NCBI GenBank assembly: GCA_902782445.1
Contig: CACZNC010000008.1
Span: 32,630-96,629 of the forward strand
From: an uncultured Ruminococcus sp.
GTDB lineage: Bacteria; Bacillota; Clostridia; Oscillospirales; CAG-272
Direction: 5' to 3'
DNA: 64,000 bases
Of the stretch, positions 9,303 through 20,059 are shown piece by piece. The position numbers and the translations under genes were made by a program. Under the pieces are notes generated by a model that had not been told where the DNA came from, ran no database searches, and worked only from the letters and a program-made list of their open reading frames with translations. The first letter of the stretch is position 1, and each line of letters opens with the position of its first letter.

Positions 9303-9470
9303 GTTCAATCCGCTCTCTGCAAGGGATGTTCGAAACGATCTCGTCAGTCGGAGCCGCTGCAGTCCCGCGCAAACAATCTGCATCATCGGCAAGAGAGCGG
9401 AAAACTTCATCCCGGAACCCCACTGAACGAAGGTATTTCCAGATTTGTTCAATGGGGTTCCTTATGATTC
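9277..9470 (-). mobile_element. IS630-family transposase C-terminal remnant plus right end
   Basis: Minus-strand translation NPIEQIWKYLRSVGFRDEVFRSLAD...EIVSNIPCRERI resembles IS630 DDE C-termini; followed by ...GAGATCAGTAT terminus. Confidence 0.7.
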
Positions 9471-9571
9471 CCTGGAACGGTCGGAAAGGCAACATGTGTT
9501 TCAATCCGCCGGGACCCGGAAAAACGCTTCGCTGATCATACCAAGGCGGACAGGACGCGGACGCTTCCGAC

Positions 9572-11086
9572 TCAGCCGTCCTTCTCCTCGATCTTGTCAA
9601 GATTCTCATAGAACAGTTCGATATCCTTGACCGACGGCCTTTCCAGCTTCTTATACAAGGAGCTGAAATCGGAAGACTTCCGGTTCACCGCGAGCCGCGG
9701 CAGAGAGTAAAAGAGATCGTTCACACCGGTGTCGAATCCGAAATAGTTCCCGCCGACCTCATAGGCGATCGTGTCGAAAATGATGTCGAGCATCCGGACG
9801 GAATCCTCGTCGCGGGCGAGCTTTCCGGCGAGAACAAGATCGTAGAACGCCGGGATCACCTCGTTGCCGCTCTCCCACGCCAGAAGCTCCATCGCCGCGC
9901 CGATCAGGGCCGGATCGGAAATGATGCGGGGAACGGCGAGAAGTCCGCCCCAGTCGAGGTTGATGTAGTCCTTCTGCTCCGCGTCGAATTTCGGGTAGGT
10001 CAGGATCCCGAAGTCCACCTCGCAGTCCCGAAGCGTTTCCACCTTGTCGAGGAACAGGATCTGGAACAGCACTCTGCCGGTCTCCAGACGGAGGATCACC
10101 TCCTCGTCGTTGGAGGGCGGCGCATAGATAATGTTTTCATTCGCAAGACCGGCGAAGAACTCGAAGATGGACTGCGTCTTCTCCGTGTTGAAATCCAGCC
10201 GGACTCTTCCCTCGTCGCTGCGGGAGGTGATGAACTGCCCCGCGCCGGTCATGAAATTGATGTAGCAGCTGCTCCCCGCACCGGTGGCCGCGAGCCCGTA
10301 CTGGTCGTTTATGTCCATGACGCCGTCCCCGTTGTAATCCAGCGTCACGGCGCGGGCCAGATCCCCCATGCTGTCGAAGGTCCATCTGCCTTCGTACACA
10401 AGGTCGTAGGGGTTGTCCAGCTGATTGTTCCGGATCAATTCTTTATTGAACAGGATAACGGCGGGACAGGGGAGCATCATGTCGTTCACGGCAAAATAGG
10501 TGTTCTTCCCCAGCCGCAACGCGTCCATCTGCGTCCGGTTCCACCAGTCCGCCTTCATATCGACATAGGGCAGAAGGTCCAGATTATACAGATATCCTTC
10601 CGAAACAAGGGAGGCGTTTCCCTGAATGCAGTGGTTGAACACAAGGTCATAGGTCGCGTCCCCGGCGAGCACGTTGGCTTTCGCGGTGGAGACGACTGCG
10701 CCGAGATCCGCCTCGAACGTGTTGGTCATCACGATGTTCAGCGCTTCCTCCACCTTGATCCGGCGGGAGTACACCGCGTCGTTCATGTTGTTCCCGTTCT
10801 CTTCGTCCGCGAAAAAGTAGTATTTGTACCCCTGCCAGTAGGGCGCGATGGAATGGAGCTCGTCGCCGCTGAAGTCGAGCACGTCCAGATCCAGACCGTG
10901 ACGCGGGCGGGTCTCCTCCGCTTCTTCCGTTTCCGGGACAGCGCTGTCCTCGACCGGATCCGCCGTCATGGGTTCGTTCTGTTTTTCCTCCTGGGAGGCC
11001 GTTTTTCCCCCTGCTCAGGAGACAAGCGCGCTCCCGGCCATGAGCATAGCCGTGAGGACGGACAGAATGCGGATGTGCTTCTTCAT
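9572..11086 (-). pseudogene. Solute-binding lipoprotein with in-frame TGA at the lipobox Cys codon
   Basis: ATG 11086 with AAGGAG RBS gives MKKHIRILSVLTAMLMAGSALVS, then TGA (11017-11015), then continues in frame into the 465-aa ORF, a paralogue of 3988-5466. Confidence 0.8.
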
Positions 11087-11142
11087 GTTTTTCACTCCTT
11101 TGTTTCAGATATCGGATCGGGAAAGATCAAGCGGGCCGGGCC

Positions 11143-14100
11143 TTATTTCAGCACCGTGACCCCCATCAGCGCAAAGATCACATCGTTGGCGATGACGCGC
11201 ATTTCGATCTCGCTGACCGGGACGCCCTCCCTGAGCCGGAATCGGAGGATGTGCGCCTCAAGATCCGTTTCCACCGGCTTCGAGAGATCCAGTCCCGCAG
11301 AGGAAAGCGCTCCGCGGCCCCCGCCGATGTTCTCGAATCCGTTTGCAGGGGTGTCGTGCCAGCGGCCGAACTTGGTGAACCACATGTCCCCGATCCCGTC
11401 GGGATTGAACAGCGGGTGTTCTTCCTCCGTGCCGTCCTCATACCGGACGGTGATCCGGAGGTTTTCCACGTGGGACTGCATCGGGAGCGTGATCCCCGTG
11501 ATGAGAAGATAAACCGCGCGGCCGCCCTCTCCCACGGGAACGGCGATCCGGTCGGGATGGGACGGGGAGACCAGGGTCGCCGCCGCCATGCAGTTTCCCT
11601 CTCTCTTTGAGCGGAACGGGATCCCCTCGCCCGTCACGGCGATCCCGTCGTCGTTCACCAGACTGCGCCACCGGTCGGGCGTCTGTCCGTAGAGCGGATG
11701 ACCTCGGGTAAAATCGCCGATGACGTGCCAGGTATAATAGCCGAAATTGAACTGGCTGTACTCCTCAGGCGGGCGTTCTGCCGTGGAAATGATCCCGTCG
11801 GCGGCATTCTTCGGAGAGTCGTAGTTGAAGAGGGCGTCCATGTCCACCGGCTTCCATGCATACGGCGCGGCAAACTCCTCCCGGAAGGAGCGGAACACCG
11901 AGGGAGCCTTCTTTTTCCCGATCCGGAGCTTTACGGGGCGGATGTACGCAGCTCCTCCGGCTTTCATGCGCAGGAAGAATACGCCGCTGCCCTCACTCCC
12001 CGTGACCTTCGCCGCGATCCGGTCCTTTTCAAGCCGAACGTCGGACAGAAGCTCCTGCGGATCCTCGAGGGACAGGACCGTTTCTCCCGCCCAGCCGAGC
12101 TCCAGCGCTTCCCCTGGACTAACCTCGCGCCGCGGATCAATGGGAGACAGGTTCAGATTCCGGTACTCGACAACAATCTCACCGAAGGACGAGTCCGGAC
12201 AATCGACCGAGACGCTTACGGAGCAGAATCCGGGTTCGACCGAATACGGTACCTCCCTCCCGCCGAGCGTCACGCGCGTCACTTCGGACACGGGGAGAAG
12301 CAGGCTTGTCCGGAGTGCGGTCCCGGACTTTTTCAGGTCGTATTTCAGCCGGAGTTCCGTGTCGCTTTTCCTGTATTCATAGTCGATCAGTGCGGAACGC
12401 ACCGCGATTTCCGGCATCTCCTCCGGCAGGCAGGGGGCGAGGAGGATTTCACTCCGTTCAAGATGGGGGTGAATACCGAGGATCCCCTCGAACACCTCCC
12501 GTCCGAACATGCCGATGGTGTCGCCGAAAAGCGGATTCATCCGACCCGTTCCGTTTACCGAAAGATGGCAGGGCAGATTCAGCGCCGTATGCGTATAGAG
12601 ATGCGGCCCACCGCGGACTCTCCCCGTATCATAGTCGAAGTTCGGAATGCCCGGGTCCCGGCCGCCGTAGAGCGACATATAGACGAATTTGAAGATCTCG
12701 TAAGCCGGCCCGGCAAGACCGATCTGCTGATACGCCAGCGCGAGGTTCAGCTCCTCCCCGCCGTTCAGCTCATAGATCGAATGGCTGTACAGATCGCCGC
12801 CGTTGGGATGCCAGTTTGAACTGCGGCACATTTTCCCGCCGTTGTCCGTCCGCACCCAGTCGAGGTTGTCCTCCGCCCAGTCGAGCATCTGGCAGGTCCG
12901 GATCGGATCCGCGACGCCGAGTTCGGTCGGATGATAAATGTCCGCAAGTTCCGGTTCATCGTGGATCAGACCGTTTCCTTTCAGATCCCGCGCGTAGGCG
13001 AACACACCCTTCCGCTTCTGCCAGAGGACCCGGTTGAGATCCTGCTTCACCGTTTCGGACTGTTCCGTCCAGTACGCTTTCCGCTCCGGATCGTCCGACA
13101 GCTCCGCGGCCAGCGTCATCAGATTGTACAGATATGCCGAGCCCTGCGTACACTGGCCCATGATCGTCCAGTGGTGGTCGCTGATCCAGGTATTCAGGCA
13201 GCCCTCGAGGAGCAGCTCTTTTCCCGGCCTCAGCCGCCGCAGGTCCCGCTCGATCGCCCCTTCCACAATGGGCAGAAGCTCCGCGGCGAATGTGTTGTCC
13301 CCGGTGTATTCCCAATACCGCCGCGCCTGATGGAGGAAGGTCTGGTGCATATTGTAGGACATGATCCCGTCCGGCCGGGCCCCTTCGATCGTGCCGTTGA
13401 AGCCTCCCCGGTCCGGCCCTTCGGTGATCCTTGTAAAGGTAAAGTGATTCCGGAAATGCTCTGCGGCCTCTCGGAACATCCCGTAGGCCAGCGGTCCGTA
13501 GGCGACGCGCCAGCCCTGATACCCCTCCCGCCACGACAGATTGCCGTGCAGGAACACGTTGTCGCCGAACACGCCGTCCGTGGGGAACGCCCCCGCCGCC
13601 ACCGCTCCGTCAAACGCGGGATCGCCGGTTTTCACCGTCAGCCGTTCTCCGATGATCCGATTGTTCTCCCGCATGGCGGAAAACAAGGCATCGAGCGGCT
13701 TCTCACGGATTGCGTTCCCGATCCCGACCGCAGCATAGCAGACACAGCCCGTCGGAAGTCCGGCGCAGACAATGGCGTCATGTACGTCCGTTCCGGGCGA
13801 GGAAACCGTCTGCCCCGGTCGGAAGAAGCGCAGGGCGTCCGGGGGAGCGGCGGTGAAACTGTGTCCGTCAGCACGCAGAAAGATCGGGACATCCTTCGCA
13901 AACCAGCCGTTGTCGGAGGTAAAGCGCTTCAATCCGTATGGATTCGGTTCATCCTCCCGCTCTTCCGTCACCCGGAGCTCCGCGTGGGACTCGGAAATCG
14001 AAACGACATTGCCCCGGACCATATCGCGGGAAAACTCCAGCCGGTAGGGACTGTGGGTCTGCCAGCCGAGCACGCCGCCGTGGAGCCAGTACAGCTTCGT

Positions 14101-14549
14101 ATCCCCGTCCAACCGCAAATCTCCACCCGGATCAGAAGCCCGCACGCGCCGCGGCCCGAGACGAATGTGACGTATACCGGATCGGGGGAAATGCGGTCGT
14201 CCTGCGCCGTATAGCGCACTTCCCCGTTCTCGTATTCCGCGGTGACATGCTGAAATTCATCCAGAAATACGGGAACCGCACCTTTCACGAACGCGAGCCG
14301 TCCGTATCCGCCCATGCCGCCCACATTGTCGAAGTGAATTTCATACCGCGGTGACAGCTTCGCAAGTACAAACGGACGGAAGGGGATTTTCTCCCGTTTT
14401 TTCAGCTCTTCCGGATCGAAGAGCAGTTCCCGGCGGTTGTCAGGGTACAGGACGCACGGAGTCGATCTCTCCGGATCAGAGGGTTCGGCGGATTCGTACC
14501 GGATCCCGCGGCCCGTAGGTTGGTAGGTATATACAGCATTGTCTTTCAT
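11143..14549 (-). pseudogene. Large glycoside-hydrolase-like protein (DUF4450-like, six-hairpin type), frameshifted near 14120
   Basis: N-terminal ORF (MKDNAVYTYQP...GGMGGYGRL...GLLIRVE) and overlapping 1000-aa ORF (DLRLDGDTKLYWLHGG...FLHGNLSWREGYQGWRVAY...YNMHQTF) read as one protein. Confidence 0.65.
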
Positions 14550-14680
14550 TTTTTGATCCCATGCTTTTGTCAATTCAGGAAGAGGTCTCCGTTCAGGTGC
14601 CGGCATGAAGAGATACCGGTTTCCGTATGTTTGTTGTCGACGACTGGCTTTGCCGCCGTCCCTCCGTGAACTGTGTCCGT

Positions 14681-15886
14681 TTACCGGGCCGCAACTGTCA
14701 AAGCGGTTTCCAGCCGGTCCTCGGACTCGTTGTACCAGAAACCGCGGGCTTTTACCGTGACGGTATAGCTTCCGGATCCCAGCGGGGGGACAGTGTATTC
14801 CATTTTTGCCGGACGCTCAAGGAGATAATACGGCGACCACAGCGCAAACCGCCGCTCGACGATCCCCTTCTCGTTCCGGATGGTGATGACATAGTCGTTC
14901 ACGTCCTCTCCGCCGCCGTCCGCATGATCGAAAACGATGCGAAGGCCCTCTTCTGCTTGTGCCGCTTCGAGGACTGCTCCGGGAAGGAAGCGCGGTTTTT
15001 GAGCTTCCCGGATCCTTTTCTCCCTTGTATAGACAAAGGAATCCGGATCCCACGGCCGCTCTACCAGCCAGCCCTCGTGGAAGAACTGTCCCGTGATCAC
15101 GTCATAGGGCTTGATCAGCACGCTGCCGTCGTCGAACGCCTCCACAATCTGCATCTGAGCGGCCGTTTCGTATCCCGTCGGGAAGGTTTTGTAAATCTTG
15201 TCAAACTCATCCAGTTCAAAGTAACTGAAAGTCCCCGTTCCTACGGATGTGAAGTGCTCCTGATGGATCGACCGCGGGTCGTTGATCGGCGCATGGGAGT
15301 GACCGGAAAAGTCGATGATCTGCGGGTAGTTGACAAGGATCGGCATCAGCGCGGCCTCTCCCCAGCCTATGCTGCCGTATACGGTATCCGTCGGATGCGG
15401 ATGCTGGAAAAAGAATATGGGCTTATCCGGCGTATCGGCATGGGCAGCGGCGAGTTCCCGTGCCGCGAAATCAAGCTGCGGCTGACGGAACCTGCACCCT
15501 TCCGTGGTCGTGACCGAAATGAAGTGAAAGCCTCGGATCACCCGGTGCGTGTCCGCCTCCTGCCCGAAGATCTCGAAAAGCTGTCTGCGCGCGCCTTCTT
15601 CCTTCTGCGGACCGTGGTATTCGTGGGAAGCGAGGCTCAGATTCACGATCGTCTCGGGGCGCAGACCGCTGTCAAGGGATTCTTTCACCAGTTTCATCTC
15701 CTCCGGCAGACCGGCGTTTGCGAAATCCCCCACGATGTAGACGGCGTCGACCGTGGGATACTCCTGGCTGTCCGCATAGGCATAGAGGCGGCGCAGACCT
15801 TCCTCAAAACGTGTCTTTTCAATGCTGTCAGGGGTCTTATAGTGCAGATCGCTGCATACCATAAATCTTAGAACGACTTTTTTCAT
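14681..15886 (-). CDS. Calcineurin-like metallophosphoesterase
   Basis: SDLH, VGDF, ASHE, FQHPH, SGHSH motifs; GAGGA RBS before ATG 15886. Confidence 0.88.
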   Translation of the reverse strand: MKKVVLRFMVCSDLHYKTPDSIEKTRFEEGLRRLYAYADSQEYPTVDAVYIVGDFANAGLPEEMKLVKESLDSGLRPETIVNLSLASHEYHGPQKEEGARRQLFEIFGQEADTHRVIRGFHFISVTTTEGCRFRQPQLDFAARELAAAHADTPDKPIFFFQHPHPTDTVYGSIGWGEAALMPILVNYPQIIDFSGHSHAPINDPRSIHQEHFTSVGTGTFSYFELDEFDKIYKTFPTGYETAAQMQIVEAFDDGSVLIKPYDVITGQFFHEGWLVERPWDPDSFVYTREKRIREAQKPRFLPGAVLEAAQAEEGLRIVFDHADGGGEDVNDYVITIRNEKGIVERRFALWSPYYLLERPAKMEYTVPPLGSGSYTVTVKARGFWYNESEDRLETALTVAAR

Positions 15887-16200
15887 ATTCCTCACTTCTT
15901 TTCCTTGATTTTTGATGCGCCATCCGTCACAGATCGTAACCGTCGATTTGTTCCTGCCCGTAAAGCCGGATGCCGTCCATGGGTTCCCCCCGTTTTGAGG
16001 AGAAAGATCGATACAGGATGATTATATCATGGAATCATCCCGGCAGTCAAGACGCAGGATCCCAATTCATGACAGTTTTCCCGGGCAGAATACCCAGGCA
16101 GAGGCAGTTCAAAAGCTCAGGCAGCATGACTTCCGGCCGGGCAGAAAAACTCCGCCGCAGTCCTGCATCCGTTTTTTTCCGTTAGGAAGCGGACAACGGC

Positions 16201-16229
16201 TTGCTTTTTTCTATTGGATCATGTATAAT
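16201..16229 (+). promoter_or_regulatory. Sigma-A promoter for the MFS operon
   Basis: TTGCTT-17-TATAAT. Confidence 0.55.
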
Positions 16230-16289
16230 ATCTGACGGAAGACATGCAGTTCAGGGCTTTTTCCGCCTGAACGGAGAAGGAGGGAAAGG

Positions 16290-17786
16290 ATGGGCAAAGA
16301 AGCAAAAAGAAATGCCCTCCCCCGGCTGAAAGCGGCCTGGGGAAGGATCGTCCATAATCCGACGTTTACACTCAGGGAACAACTCGGCTATTCTTCCGGC
16401 ATCATGGGAAATTCCATGGCCCAGGACGTGGAGGCTTACGCGCTCACGCTGTTTCTGACCCGGTTCATGGGGATCGCGGCGTCCTATGTCCTGATTCTGG
16501 AACTGACTGCGAAGATCGCCAATATCATCGTCGATCCGCTGGCCGGCGTGATCCTCGACAGAAAGGGAAAACACGGCAGGAGCCGCGCAAAAGCGTTCAC
16601 GCTCGTCATGCCGTTCCCTCTTGCGATCTCGTCGATCCTGCTCTTTGTCGTACCCGGCATCCGGCTGACGGCGAGGATCGTCTATGTGTTTGTATTCTAT
16701 CTGATCTACTGCATCTCCGACGGCTTCTACGACATGTCCCTTTCCACCATTTCCGCCCGCATGACGACGAATCCGAATGACCGGAAGAGTTTCTACACCG
16801 TCGCCCAGTTCGCCTCAACCCTCGGCGGAATGCTCCCGAGCGGTCTGATCCCGGTCTTTGTCGCGCTCTACATGGATAAGGAAGCCCTGATCTACCTGCT
16901 CTTCGCGATTTTCTTCGGAGTCGTCGGCTTCGCGCTCATGATCGTCCCCTACTTCACGCTCCGGGAAAAAACGGCGGCCGCCTGGCGGAAGGAAACGCCC
17001 GTCGCGCTGAACTTCAAAGCCCTGATGCTGAACCGCCCGATGTGGTGCCTGATCCTCTCGCAGATCGTGGATTCGGTCAGACAGGTCTGTTATTCGGGAC
17101 TGGCTTATTTCTATCTCGAGACGCTGGACACATTCTGGATGGCGTCGGTCGCGGGAACGATCTCGGTCACGCTCTCCTATCTCGGCATCGCCGCGGTACC
17201 TTTCATCGGAGCGAAACTCTCCTCCCGCGATATCATCATGTACGGGTATTTCTACACCGGGGTCCTGTACATCCTTTTCCTGCTCGTGGGCTACCGTTCC
17301 CTGCTCGTCGTGGCGCTGATCGTCGGATTCGCGGGACTGCCGAACGGCGCGATGAGCTCGTCGCGGAACATTCTGCTGGCGGATTCCACGGATTATATGG
17401 AATACATGACCTGGAAGAAATACGGAGAACCGGTCCGATCGGAGGCGATGGTCTTTGCGCTCCGTTCGACCGCGGCGAGGATCAGCGGTTTCTGGAAGAG
17501 CCTTCTCTTCCCGGCGGGACTCGTGCTCATCGGCTATGTCAGCGCGAAATCCTTCGGTTCGACAACGATCAGCGTCGTACAGTCCGCCGAAACCCTGAAC
17601 GGCATTTTCTATCTCATAACGATTTCGGGCATCGTCGGGAACATCGTCCCGGGCATCATCATGTCGTTCGACCATTATACGGGAAAACGCAAGGAAAGGA
17701 TCCTCAAAGAGCTGTACGCGATGAGAGCCGAGCGGCAGGCCCTATGGGACGCGGAGCATCCGTCGGAGGGAGGTGCGGAGTCATGA
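16290..17786 (+). CDS. MFS transporter, GPH (glycoside-pentoside-hexuronide):cation symporter family
   Basis: About 12 TM helices; IVDPLAGVILDR, MTTNPNDR, LADSTDYMEY...RSEA motifs. Confidence 0.9.
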   Translation: MGKEAKRNALPRLKAAWGRIVHNPTFTLREQLGYSSGIMGNSMAQDVEAYALTLFLTRFMGIAASYVLILELTAKIANIIVDPLAGVILDRKGKHGRSRAKAFTLVMPFPLAISSILLFVVPGIRLTARIVYVFVFYLIYCISDGFYDMSLSTISARMTTNPNDRKSFYTVAQFASTLGGMLPSGLIPVFVALYMDKEALIYLLFAIFFGVVGFALMIVPYFTLREKTAAAWRKETPVALNFKALMLNRPMWCLILSQIVDSVRQVCYSGLAYFYLETLDTFWMASVAGTISVTLSYLGIAAVPFIGAKLSSRDIIMYGYFYTGVLYILFLLVGYRSLLVVALIVGFAGLPNGAMSSSRNILLADSTDYMEYMTWKKYGEPVRSEAMVFALRSTAARISGFWKSLLFPAGLVLIGYVSAKSFGSTTISVVQSAETLNGIFYLITISGIVGNIVPGIIMSFDHYTGKRKERILKELYAMRAERQALWDAEHPSEGGAES

Positions 17787-18571
17787 CGGAAGGAAGAAAT
17801 CACAGAAGGCGGAGGACGAGGCTCCTTCCGGCGCTGGCGGTCGCCGCGGCAGTCGTGTTTTGCTTCGCGGGATGCGCAAAGGAAAACAAATACGTCAACG
17901 TCGGCGTGGAGATGTCGACGGCCGGATTGAGTCTGTATCTCACAAACACGGTGAACGGGTTTCAGAAGATCTCAAATTACGTCTTCTTCTCCCCGTCCTC
18001 CGAAGCGTCGCTGGACAAGCTCCGGCAGGAGAAGCAGGGGATCGATATCACCTATCTGCCCGCCGAAGATCTTGGCCTGATCCGGGAGGGGGACGGGCTG
18101 ACGGCAGTGTTCCCGGACTGTTTTGACAAAGACGGGGGACTGAAGGGCGTCTGGGCAGCCCGGGATTCATGGCTGGAAAACGCGCCGAATTATTCCTACA
18201 AGTTTATTCTGGGGCTGGCCATGAGCGCGGAGTATCGGGCGTCTCACAGGAACATGAGCTATCCGGACGCGCTCGAATCCGTCCGCGGCGTGCGGGACAT
18301 CGACTGGGAGGAATACCCCGAAACGATGCAGTACTGCGCCGTCTACGCGCTCTCGAACGGAGAGGAGCTTCGGGATGAACCGTTTGAAGTCAGGGACGCG
18401 GAATCCCTCCTATCCATGTTCGAGGGATTTGCTTCGGGAGCCGGAGAAGGATATGCGCTCTGCCGGGACGCGTATGCCCGGTACTGCGGGAACAGCGCGG
18501 AATCCTTTGAGAGCCTGTTTGATTTCAGCCTGGCAACCCGCGCGCTGGAAGAGGCTGCCGGGAAGGAATGA
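17783..18571 (+). CDS. Lipoprotein, SsuA/TauA-type binding-protein-like
   Basis: ATGA overlap with the MFS stop; RRRRTRLLPALAVAAAVVFCFAGC lipobox; GIDITYLP and VWAARDSWLENAP...KFILGL patterns. Confidence 0.7.
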   Translation: MTEGRNHRRRRTRLLPALAVAAAVVFCFAGCAKENKYVNVGVEMSTAGLSLYLTNTVNGFQKISNYVFFSPSSEASLDKLRQEKQGIDITYLPAEDLGLIREGDGLTAVFPDCFDKDGGLKGVWAARDSWLENAPNYSYKFILGLAMSAEYRASHRNMSYPDALESVRGVRDIDWEEYPETMQYCAVYALSNGEELRDEPFEVRDAESLLSMFEGFASGAGEGYALCRDAYARYCGNSAESFESLFDFSLATRALEEAAGKE

Positions 18572-19839
18572 GATCGGAGAGCAAGATGAAGAAAACAAAA
18601 TGGAAATGGGTCCTCGCCGCGTTCTCCGGCGTCCTGCTTGTGGGGGGAGCGATCGCCGCCGCTGTGCTGCCCGTCACGTATCCCGTCGACCGTTCGCTGA
18701 TCGTGAAAAACCCGGAGTACAGGATTTCTGCGGAGAAACGGAACGGGTACACAACGCTCGTGAAGAGGGACGCGGCCGGGAACGCGCTTGACGGGGATTT
18801 CAAGGTCGTGGGCTTCACGGATTCCCACCTCGATCACAACAGGGAGAAAGGCGCGGTCACACTGGAATATATCATCCGGAATATTGTGAACGAGAAACCG
18901 GATCTTGTCGTGTTCGTCGGGGACAATATCACTTCCAGCTTCAACGCCCGCCGCGCGAAACAGCTCTGCCGTGTGATGGAGGATCTCGGGGTCTATTGGA
19001 CCTGCGTTCTCGGAAACCACGAAGGCGATAATCCGTGGAGCGTCTCCCGGGAAAAAATGGTTCGGATCTTCTCCTCTTATCCGCACTGCCTGAACGAAGC
19101 GGACGTGAAGCATACCGAGGACGGAGAGCGTGTTTGGGGGTTCGGGAATCATGTCCTGAACTTCGCGGATGCAGAGGGTAACATCACCCGTTCCCTGTTC
19201 TTCCTCGACGGCGGAAACGAAATGACCGAAGCGGATCGGGAGGAATTCGCCGCTGAAATAGAGGCGGGAAGCGGAAGGACGGACGACTATGTGAAGGAGA
19301 GCCAGATCCGCTGGGTCCGGGAAAATGTCACGGCCATCCGGGAACTCAACGATTCCGGGAACGCAGAGCCGGTCAGATCGGCGGTTTTCGTCCACATCCC
19401 TCTCCCGGAATTCAGGATCGCCTATGAGGACCTGACGGGCGAGCATGAGGTTTCACCGGGGAATATCCCCCTCTACAACGTGCCGAACGAAAACGGAGAC
19501 ATGATCCTGACAGGACAGCGGCGGGAGACTGTATGCTGTTCCGGGCACAACAGCGGACTCTTTGACGCCGCACGTGATCTTGGTTCCGTCGATCTTGTTG
19601 TATGCGGGCATGACCACATCAATGATTTTGTCCTGAAATACCGGGGCGTGACCCTCGCGTACAACGTCCCCTCCGGATATTCGAGTTATAACCTCTGGAC
19701 GAAGAAACTCTCCGACAAGCTCCTCCAGGGCTATACCCGCTATCTGTTTCACAGAGACGGCAGTTTTGATCTTGAACCCTGTCACAACGCAGATCTCTAT
19801 CCCGAAGTTCAGGAGAGCATCAGGAGGCTCTACGAGTGA
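18568..19839 (+). CDS. Membrane-anchored metallophosphoesterase (Dcr2/PAP-like)
   Basis: N-terminal TM/signal; TDSH, VGDN, GNHE, VHIPLPEF, GHDHIND; ATGA overlap (alternative start 18586). Confidence 0.88.
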   Translation: MRSESKMKKTKWKWVLAAFSGVLLVGGAIAAAVLPVTYPVDRSLIVKNPEYRISAEKRNGYTTLVKRDAAGNALDGDFKVVGFTDSHLDHNREKGAVTLEYIIRNIVNEKPDLVVFVGDNITSSFNARRAKQLCRVMEDLGVYWTCVLGNHEGDNPWSVSREKMVRIFSSYPHCLNEADVKHTEDGERVWGFGNHVLNFADAEGNITRSLFFLDGGNEMTEADREEFAAEIEAGSGRTDDYVKESQIRWVRENVTAIRELNDSGNAEPVRSAVFVHIPLPEFRIAYEDLTGEHEVSPGNIPLYNVPNENGDMILTGQRRETVCCSGHNSGLFDAARDLGSVDLVVCGHDHINDFVLKYRGVTLAYNVPSGYSSYNLWTKKLSDKLLQGYTRYLFHRDGSFDLEPCHNADLYPEVQESIRRLYE

Positions 19840-19861
19840 TGTTGGCCCTCCATTAACACGG

Positions 19862-19900
19862 AAAGGCGGCTGAACCGTAAAGGGTTGAACCGCTTTTTTT
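19862..19900 (+). terminator. Intrinsic terminator
   Basis: AAAGGCGG...CCGCTTTTTTT. Confidence 0.6.
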
Positions 19901-20059
19901 CGAATTATTCAAATTTTGCAGCAGAAACGGCAGGAAGCAAGGCGGCGGATGAGGGTTCGCCCCTTATTTCACCTTTTCATACTCCGCCCGGTCCCGCGTG
20001 CCGAAGGCGGCCCTGCAGACCGTCAGGCTCTGCTCGTCTTCGAGGCAGGTGTCCTCCTC

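Noticed and set aside
16040-16170. Repeated GGCAG/CCGGGCAGAA words between divergent promoters
   Set aside because: Short, irregularly spaced and compatible with chance in GC-rich DNA.
19960-20058. Possible orphan gene 3' end (…VCRAAFGTRDRAEYEKVK-stop) downstream of bcp
   Set aside because: Too short, no start or RBS, and no family recognised.
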